In this document: positions 58,322-64,000 of the stretch, one piece after another | Layout of the letters: the number at the start of each line of letters is the position of its first letter | Numbering within the stretch: position 1 is the first letter of the stretch | Source of the DNA: Candidatus Staskawiczbacteria bacterium | Lineage (GTDB): Bacteria; Patescibacteriota; Minisyncoccia; Minisyncoccales; Staskawiczbacteraceae | Direction: 5' to 3' | Assembly: GCA_016196125.1 (NCBI GenBank) | Contig: JACPYG010000006.1 | Coordinates: 54,511-118,510, forward strand | DNA: 64,000 nt | Position numbers and translations under genes: made by a program | Notes under the pieces: generated by a model | Seen by the model: only the letters and a program-made list of their open reading frames with translations | Database searches by the model: none | Told to the model about the DNA's origin: nothing

Positions 58322-59611
58322 TTACGGGATGAAAACTCTAAACATTCTTATGAGTTTTTTAAGCCAATCCCTTAGTAAACCCAGTATACCTCCTCCATCT
58401 GAGCCGTCAATATCCGAACCTGCCAAAACTAAACCCGCAACTGTAGCAAGGCAAGGGTCATCTTGGATGCCAACAATTCCCTTCGGACTTCCTATGCTAC
58501 AAGGGAGTTTTAATTGTTGTTTTACCAATTCTTTTATTTTTGACAATTTCGCGCCGCCGCCAGACAGCACAATTCCTCCCGGCAACAATTCCTGACGTCC
58601 TATTTTTTTTAATTCTTTTTGGATCAAATCAAAAATTTCAGAAACTCTTGGCTCAATAATATCCACCAAGCTTTTTTTTGTAAAAGATAAATCGGAAGCT
58701 TTATCGGTAATTTCTATTTTTTTGCTCTCGCTTGCAATGAGCTTGTCCTTTTGCTGGTCTTTTTTATCCGCGCTCCTTACATTAAGAGACATGGTCTTGT
58801 CTGATTTGCCAGTTTTGGCAAAAATACAAGTACCATGCTGTTTTTTAATGGATTCTGCAATAGCAACTTCTGTGCGCAGGCCAATGGCAATATCATTTGT
58901 TATATTTGCCGAACCAATCGGCAATACGGCAAAGTGAATCAAATCTCCCTCTTCAAAGACCGCTAAACTAGTTGTGGCGGCTCCAATATCAACTAAAGCC
59001 ACCCCTAATTCCTTTTGTTGAGGGGTTAACACTGCATCGGCAGCAGCCAAAGGAGACGTAATAATATCGTCAATTTGCAGTTTTGAATTTAAAACTGCCT
59101 GAGACAGGTTTATAAAATCGGGCTGGAAATAACAAAGTAAAAGAACTTTTGCTTCCAGCCTTTTGCCTGTTAATCCTAATGGCTGCTTTATGCCTTTTTG
59201 GTCATCAATAATATATTCTCTTGGCAAAACATCTAAAACATCTTCATTTGCGGGAATATTAATTGCCTTAGCGGCTTGCAATACTCTGTCTATGTCTTCT
59301 TGAGAAATTACTTGGTTGGCGCGAGACACAGAAATTATACCATCAGAAGGGGTAACATATAGCCGGCTTCCGCTAATATTCACAAAAACTGAATTAATTT
59401 TTCTGCCCAAATCTTTTTCTACATCTGACATCAACAATTGAATATTTTTTGAAATTTCTTCAACTTTGACAACCGCTCCTTTTCTTAAGCCAAAAGATGG
59501 CATTTGGGCATAGCTCAAAACTTCCAGCTCTTTTCCTTTTTTCTGAGCAACCAAAACCTTTATAGTATTTGTCCCAATATCCAATCCTGCGACAATACGA
59601 CTCTTAGCCAT
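58322..59611 (-). CDS. ftsA: cell division protein FtsA
   Basis: IVAGLDIGTNTIKVLVA actin-like N-terminus; 429 aa. Confidence 0.9.
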   Translation of the reverse strand: MAKSRIVAGLDIGTNTIKVLVAQKKGKELEVLSYAQMPSFGLRKGAVVKVEEISKNIQLLMSDVEKDLGRKINSVFVNISGSRLYVTPSDGIISVSRANQVISQEDIDRVLQAAKAINIPANEDVLDVLPREYIIDDQKGIKQPLGLTGKRLEAKVLLLCYFQPDFINLSQAVLNSKLQIDDIITSPLAAADAVLTPQQKELGVALVDIGAATTSLAVFEEGDLIHFAVLPIGSANITNDIAIGLRTEVAIAESIKKQHGTCIFAKTGKSDKTMSLNVRSADKKDQQKDKLIASESKKIEITDKASDLSFTKKSLVDIIEPRVSEIFDLIQKELKKIGRQELLPGGIVLSGGGAKLSKIKELVKQQLKLPCSIGSPKGIVGIQDDPCLATVAGLVLAGSDIDGSDGGGILGLLRDWLKKLIRMFRVFIP

Positions 59612-59622
59612 TAAAATTAAAA

Positions 59623-60039
59623 TTAAAATTTAAATTTTGATAAATATTTTTCTTGTTTTTTTGCCATTTCCAAGGCCATCTTTTCCGGCCCTTCGTGTTC
59701 ATACCCTAAAATATGTAAAAGGCCGTGTATTAACATCTTTGTTAATTCCTTTTTAAAAGTCGTACTAAACTCCTTTGCATTATTTTTAACAACCTCCGGA
59801 CAAATGACAACTTCAGATGAATCGGATTTAGGACCTAAAGCTCTGCCAAAAGAAAGAACATCTGTTGGCTTATGTTTTTTTCTATATTTTTGATTTAATT
59901 TTTTTATTTCAGCAGGGCTGACAAAAGCAATAGATATGTTTTCTATTCCTCTATTTTCGCCTTTTAAAACTTTTTTTGCAACCCTTACGAAAAACTTTTT
60001 ATCCACAGCAAAACTGGTAAGATTATTTATCTCAATCAT
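59623..60039 (-). CDS. ybeY: rRNA maturation endoribonuclease YbeY
   Basis: HGLLHILGYEHE metal-binding H3xH5xH motif; 138 aa. Confidence 0.85.
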   Translation of the reverse strand: MIEINNLTSFAVDKKFFVRVAKKVLKGENRGIENISIAFVSPAEIKKLNQKYRKKHKPTDVLSFGRALGPKSDSSEVVICPEVVKNNAKEFSTTFKKELTKMLIHGLLHILGYEHEGPEKMALEMAKKQEKYLSKFKF

Positions 60040-60242
60040 ATGTCAACCTATCTTTTTAATAATTCTTTCTGCTGTAATTTGAAATTTTAACTGCAAATTA
60101 TTAAAACCTCGTCGGCTTATATAATAATACAAACCTCCTCGCTTTTAATAATTTTCGTTTTAAAATTTCTGCATTTCGCCACAAAAGATTATTAAACGAT
60201 AGGTTGCTTATTTTAACCTATATTTCAAACTTTTCAAAACAC

Positions 60243-60277
60243 AAAAAAAGCTGATGAAATATTTTCTCAGCTTTTTT
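60243..60277. terminator. putative bidirectional terminator (A-run, GCTGA/TCAGC stem, T-run) between yqeY and ybeY
   Basis: Read directly; short stem, weak. Confidence 0.35.
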
Positions 60278-60288
60278 AATTATTAAAC

Positions 60289-60792
60289 CTACTTACCTGA
60301 TAAAATTTCTTTTACAATCTTGCTTATTTCTGAACTGTCTGCCTTTCCTTTAACTTTTGGCATTAAATCTGCCATTACTTTACCCATGTCTTTCATTTCT
60401 TTTGCTCCCGTCTTATTTATAGATTCTTCGATTATTTTTTTTAATTCGACTTCTGATAATTGTTCCGGCAAATATTTCTGCAAAATTTCAATTTCTCTTT
60501 TTTCTTTGTCTGCTAATTCCGGACGATTGCCTTTTTCATATAGAACAATGGCGTCTTTCCTTTTTTTAATTTCAGATGATAAAGTATTAATAACTTCGTC
60601 GTTGGTTAATTCTGATTCTTTTATAAGATTTTCTTCTTTTAAATCTGGCTTATCTTTTGAAACCTTATACCCTTTTTCTTTTTCTTTAGATATTATAGCG
60701 GCCAGAACCATGCGCAAAGCATCAGAAGCGACATTATCGCCCGATTTCAAAAATTCTTTAGCATTATCTTGGATTTGTTGCTTTATTTCCAT
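60289..60792 (-). CDS. yqeY: GatB/YqeY domain-containing protein
   Basis: Located immediately downstream of rpsU as in Firmicutes; 167 aa, charged helical protein. Confidence 0.7.
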   Translation of the reverse strand: MEIKQQIQDNAKEFLKSGDNVASDALRMVLAAIISKEKEKGYKVSKDKPDLKEENLIKESELTNDEVINTLSSEIKKRKDAIVLYEKGNRPELADKEKREIEILQKYLPEQLSEVELKKIIEESINKTGAKEMKDMGKVMADLMPKVKGKADSSEISKIVKEILSGK

Positions 60793-61025
60793 GAATTAGC
60801 ACGACCTACTTTAGGTTTTTCTAATTTATCCAGACGTTTTTTTTCAGCCCTCATTTCAACTCGTCTTAGAGCTGATCTTTTTTTAGCTAAAGCTGATTTT
60901 GCTCTCTTTCTAAACTGTTTGCCTCTTACTTGGAGCAAAACTCCCGATTGGCGCACCACTTTTGTAAAACGATGGACCAAGCTTTGAGAGCTTTCTTTTT
61001 CTTTTCTTTTTACTTCTAATGCCAT
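60783..61025 (-). CDS. rpsU: 30S ribosomal protein S21
   Basis: 80 aa, very basic; VHRFTKVVRQSGVL...RGKQFRKRAK is S21-like. Confidence 0.8.
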   Translation of the reverse strand: MALEVKRKEKESSQSLVHRFTKVVRQSGVLLQVRGKQFRKRAKSALAKKRSALRRVEMRAEKKRLDKLEKPKVGRANSWK

Positions 61026-61048
61026 ATGAGTTTATTTTAAGTTGATTT

Positions 61049-61125
61049 TAAGCGGAAATAAGTATATTTTTCAACGTCCGCCAAACCCACGGCCAGCCCG
61101 AATTGAAAAATATACTTATTTCCGC
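61049..61125. repeat. palindromic element copy B (arms gcggaaataagtatatttttcaa / ttgaaaaatatacttatttccgc; loop CGTCCGCCAAACCCACGGCCAGCCCGAA) between hisS and rpsU
   Basis: Read directly. It is the same element as at 45951-46025, with compensatory G:C to T:A and T:A to C:G changes in the stem. Confidence 0.6.
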
Positions 61126-61146
61126 TTTATTTACAGTTTTTAATTA

Positions 61147-62418
61147 TTATTTAATTTTAGCTTTCATTTCTTTTACGACTTTATCAAGTTTTATTTCTTT
61201 TTGAGCGCCGGTTTCCATATCTCTTAAAGTGATAAAACCTTCCAATGCTTCTTTCTGGCCAAAGATTAAAACCCATCTTATTCCCATTTTGTCAGCTGTC
61301 CTCAACTGGGTTTTTAAAGAATCTTTTGAAAAAGATTCCGCCACCAGAATTTTCGCATCGCGAAATTCTTCAAACAGTTTTAATCCCTTTCTTTTTGCCA
61401 GTTGCCCCAACTGAGCTAAAAAGATTTTTGGCTCTGCTAATTTTACCGTTTTTACTTCTCTCGTTTTCAGTAAGCTTATTATTCGCTCAATTCCTCCGGC
61501 CACGCCGCAGGCGGGAGTATCTCTGCCTCCTAAAATTTTAGCCAAACTATCATATCTTCCCCCGCCCAGCAAAGATCCTTGAGCCTTGCCTTCTTCTGTG
61601 GTATTTTCTACTATTTCAAAAACCGTTTTTGTGTAATAATCCAGTCCTCTGACCAAATATGGATTTAAAGTATACGGCAGTTCTAACTCATCTAAAAATT
61701 CCAACACTTGCTTAAAATGACTATGGCAGTTTTCACAAAGATGGTCAATTATCTGTGGTGCGCCTGACTTCACTCTCTGGCACTTTTCTTCTTTGCAATC
61801 CAAAATCCTTAAAGGATTTTCTTTTAATCTTCTTTGGCAATCAGAGCATAAAGATGATTTTCTTGACCTGAAATAACCTGTCAAAATCTTTTTAAAATAA
61901 GGCCTGCATTCAGAGTCGCCAATGCTATTTACTTGAATGGTTATATTTTTAAAAGAAAGTTCTTTTAAAACATCGTAGCTCATTTGTATGATTTGGCTGT
62001 CAATTGATGGATTTTGCTCTCCTAATGCCTCAAAACCAAATTGATGAAATTGCCTAAAACGTCCCGCTTGCGGCCTTTCGTGGCGAAAAAATGGACCTAA
62101 ATACCAAAGCTTTACAGGTTGAGTAAGATTATGCATCCCATGTTCAATATAGCTCCTCACTACTGGAGCTGTCCCCTCTGGCCTTAAAGAAACCAAGTCT
62201 CCTCCCTTTGTTTTAAAAGTGTAAGTTTCTTTCTCCACAATATCGGTTGCCACCCCCACGCCCTTGGAAAAAACTTCGGCAAATTCCAAAATCGGAGTCT
62301 CTATTTTAGAAAATCCATAATAGTTGGTAATACTTTCAACCGCTTTTACAACCTTTTGAAAATAAGGCTGGTCTCCCGGCAGAATATCGTGCATTCCTGT
62401 TACGCTTTGAATTTTCAT
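61147..62418 (-). CDS. hisS: histidine--tRNA ligase
   Basis: Class II aaRS motifs (MHDILPGD..., RPEGTAPVVRSY, GGGRYD); 423 aa. Confidence 0.95.
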   Translation of the reverse strand: MKIQSVTGMHDILPGDQPYFQKVVKAVESITNYYGFSKIETPILEFAEVFSKGVGVATDIVEKETYTFKTKGGDLVSLRPEGTAPVVRSYIEHGMHNLTQPVKLWYLGPFFRHERPQAGRFRQFHQFGFEALGEQNPSIDSQIIQMSYDVLKELSFKNITIQVNSIGDSECRPYFKKILTGYFRSRKSSLCSDCQRRLKENPLRILDCKEEKCQRVKSGAPQIIDHLCENCHSHFKQVLEFLDELELPYTLNPYLVRGLDYYTKTVFEIVENTTEEGKAQGSLLGGGRYDSLAKILGGRDTPACGVAGGIERIISLLKTREVKTVKLAEPKIFLAQLGQLAKRKGLKLFEEFRDAKILVAESFSKDSLKTQLRTADKMGIRWVLIFGQKEALEGFITLRDMETGAQKEIKLDKVVKEMKAKIK

Positions 62419-62421
62419 ATT

Positions 62422-63024
62422 TTAATAACTGGGAACAGTAATTTTAGATATATTTACTACCGGTAAAACGCGCAAAAAAACCTTGCCAATAATATTTTTT
62501 GCCGGTACGCTTCCCCATACCCTTGAATCATAAGAAAATTCTCTGTTATCTCCCAAAACAAAATATTCGTCTGCAGTTAAAATAAGTTTCAAAGTTCCAA
62601 TGGTTCCGGATGGATTAGGAAGATACTTTTCGTCCAGAGTTTGGCTTTTTTGATCTTTATATATTGTTACTTTTCCATCTTTAATTTCCACTGTTTCGCC
62701 TGGCAATCCAATAACTCTTTTTATAAATTTTTGCGAAGTGTCTTTAGGATATTTAAAAACAATAATATCTCCTCTTTCGGGATTTTTAAACTTATAAGAA
62801 ATTTCATCAATAATTAAGTAGTCGCCTGATTGAAAATTCGGCACCATTGATTCGCCTTTTACTATAAATGGCTGAAATAAAAAATAACGAATGGGGAGCA
62901 CTATTACCGAAGCAATAACAAATATCTTTAAAACTTCGAAAACAAACGGGAAATACTTTTTAACTATATTTATTTTGGTCTGTTCTTCGTTTGGCTGATT
63001 GTTTGATTTTGTTATTTGTTCCAT
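62422..63024 (-). CDS. lepB: signal peptidase I
   Basis: GESMVPNF (Ser box), KRVIGLPGE, GDNREFSYDSR motifs. Confidence 0.9.
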   Translation of the reverse strand: MEQITKSNNQPNEEQTKINIVKKYFPFVFEVLKIFVIASVIVLPIRYFLFQPFIVKGESMVPNFQSGDYLIIDEISYKFKNPERGDIIVFKYPKDTSQKFIKRVIGLPGETVEIKDGKVTIYKDQKSQTLDEKYLPNPSGTIGTLKLILTADEYFVLGDNREFSYDSRVWGSVPAKNIIGKVFLRVLPVVNISKITVPSY

Positions 63025-63079
63025 TTTTTTTAACTTTAAATTGAACTCATTCTAACATATTTTAAATTTATTACAAGAC

Positions 63080-63108
63080 CCCGCTAATTTTAATTAGCGG
63101 GGGTCAAG
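63080..63108. promoter_or_regulatory. near-perfect 28-bp palindrome GACCCCGCTAATTTTAATTAGCGGGGGTC upstream of lepB, at the compositional boundary
   Basis: Read directly. Confidence 0.4.
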
Positions 63109-63130
63109 TCCCTATTTATTGCAACAAATA

Positions 63131-63165
63131 AAAAAAGCGGGCCGAGACAAAATTGCCTCAGCCCT
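63131..63165 (-). terminator. rho-independent terminator (GGGCTGAGG-loop-CTCGGCCC then T7 on the minus strand) ending the GC-rich cassette
   Basis: Read directly on the minus strand. Confidence 0.5.
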
Positions 63166-63210
63166 TGGTGCTTGGAAGTGTTTACGAACAAAGTTTAATG
63201 ATATTTTACG

Positions 63211-63471
63211 CTACGCGCCTCTCGCCCGATAAACCGGGCGATGCTCCTTGGTCTTATCAAAATGGCCATTGTGGCCACTGCTGTCGTCTCCCCGAAGGAG
63301 CCGACACACCGCCATAGGATGGATCCCCATGCCAAACTTCTTCTCAAAGCTGCGAGACAAGCTTTCAAGGAAGTTCTGCGTGAGAACTTCCCCGTTGGCT
63401 CGCAGTGAGAGAAGAAACTCCTTTTGGTCATGGTTCAACTGGTGGTGGTTGTGACAAGTTGTCTTTGACAT
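63211..63471 (-). CDS. small His-rich hypothetical protein (86 aa) in GC-rich cassette
   Basis: ATG preceded by a GAAAGGA RBS and followed by a terminator. Local GC is roughly 50%. Competing ORFs overlap in other frames, so coding is uncertain. Confidence 0.35.
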   Translation of the reverse strand: MSKTTCHNHHQLNHDQKEFLLSLRANGEVLTQNFLESLSRSFEKKFGMGIHPMAVCRLLRGDDSSGHNGHFDKTKEHRPVYRARGA

Positions 63472-63598
63472 AAAATCCTTTCTTCTGTGCGCGTATGTGA
63501 ACTAAACCACACAAGACAAAATGCCTCTTCTCTGTCCGACCAAAGCACGGCAGTCGCTGTTCTTAATTTACCTCCTTTCTCTTAAAGGTGCTATCTTG

Positions 63599-63627
63599 AT
63601 TGTACGCCTACTCAAATACAAAGTCAA
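63599..63627 (-). promoter_or_regulatory. sigma-70-like promoter TTGACT-N17-TACAAT (minus strand) upstream of the 86-aa ORF
   Basis: Read directly; consensus-like -35/-10 elements with 17-nt spacing. Confidence 0.4.
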
Positions 63628-63707
63628 TATTATTATTATTATGCAATAAAAAAGCAAAGTGGTTAGCTTCGCTCTGGGTTTTGCGGATTTTCTTTATCCG
63701 CCTGTTG

Positions 63708-63941
63708 TCACTTGGAAGTGACTTTTTTTCGTTTCAGCAACTTTCGTGCCTCATCCGTGTTATCTTCAAAGATAGCAGTTTCCAAAGCTTGACCGATGGT
63801 CTCGCCTGGACGGAGCTCTCTCCTGGCTGCCAAGAGAAGGGCCACTGTGTAAAGTTCGGGGTCTTCTGCGAAGTATTCTTCTTGCTCCAGTTTTTGAGCA
63901 ATCTGCTCAACAATGGGATAGACCACATCATTCAGTTTCAT
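63708..63941 (-). CDS. small acidic hypothetical protein (77 aa) in GC-rich cassette
   Basis: ATG preceded by an AAGGAGA RBS at -7. It is followed on the minus strand by the hairpin GCGGATTTTCTTTATCCGC. Confidence 0.4.
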   Translation of the reverse strand: MKLNDVVYPIVEQIAQKLEQEEYFAEDPELYTVALLLAARRELRPGETIGQALETAIFEDNTDEARKLLKRKKVTSK

Positions 63942-64000
63942 AGCAGGTCTCCTTTTGGTTAGGGTGTGCTGTGATTACAGTACCACACTCGGCGTTTATT

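Noticed and set aside
63131-63560. GC-rich segment as a tRNA, tmRNA, RNase P or rRNA gene
   Set aside because: No T-loop (GGTTCGA), tag-peptide reading frame, RNase P conserved boxes or rRNA-like stretches could be found by eye. The region instead parses cleanly into promoter/RBS/ORF/terminator units.
1-64000. CRISPR arrays, rRNA or tRNA genes, integrases or phage structural genes
   Set aside because: No regularly spaced direct repeats with unique spacers and no tRNA-like sequences were found. Apart from the IS200-like Y1 transposase, no integrase or phage structural gene was recognised anywhere in the window.

Overview
The window is AT-rich (roughly 30% GC), gene-dense, and nearly all genes are on the minus strand. 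Composition and gene content are typical of a small-genome bacterium such as CPR/Patescibacteria. Positions 1-37,800 form one co-directional glycan-biosynthesis supercluster of about 38 genes. It encodes three nucleotide-sugar routes. The first is GDP-heptose (GmhB/HddA/HddC-like) plus a Gmd/Fcl/Rmd-like trio and two DegT aminotransferases. The second is CDP-glucose (RfbF) plus a 4,6-dehydratase-like SDR, a TylCIII-type C-methyltransferase and an RmlD-like reductase. The third is a pseudaminic-acid-like nonulosonate pathway (PseB, PseC, PseI/NeuB, PseF-like cytidylyltransferase) with a WbuX/WbuY/WbuZ amidotransferase triad, FolD and a formyltransferase. The supercluster also holds GT1/GT2 transferases, FkbM and other methyltransferases, an 888-aa GT2-FkbM-MT fusion and two Wzx-type flippases. 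Convergent on it is an 873-aa O-antigen-ligase (Wzy_C)-TPR membrane protein. Next comes an IS200-like Y1 transposase flanked by identical REP-like hairpins. Then a 1158-aa secreted Thr/Ser-rich surface protein with a peptidoglycan-binding domain, preceded by an ECF sigma / anti-sigma pair. The remainder is housekeeping: a ClpX-zinc-finger-like small protein, a trypsin-like protease translationally coupled to clpB, htrA, a DPM1-like GT2, an MGDG-synthase-like GT28, a glycoside hydrolase, ftsZ, ftsA, ybeY, yqeY, rpsU, hisS and lepB. The last ~870 nt switch abruptly to about 47-50% GC and carry two small ORFs with canonical promoter, RBS and terminators. Also notable are a ~75-nt palindromic element present twice with compensatory stem changes, and a 12-bp inverted repeat shared upstream of the ECF sigma gene and clpB. 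The most interesting inferred system is a candidate protein O-glycosylation apparatus (Wzy_C-TPR oligosaccharyltransferase-like protein, S/T-rich surface protein, and a locus for a formyl/amidino-modified nonulosonic acid, 6-deoxyheptose and C-methyl deoxyhexose). No rRNA, tRNA or CRISPR was seen.
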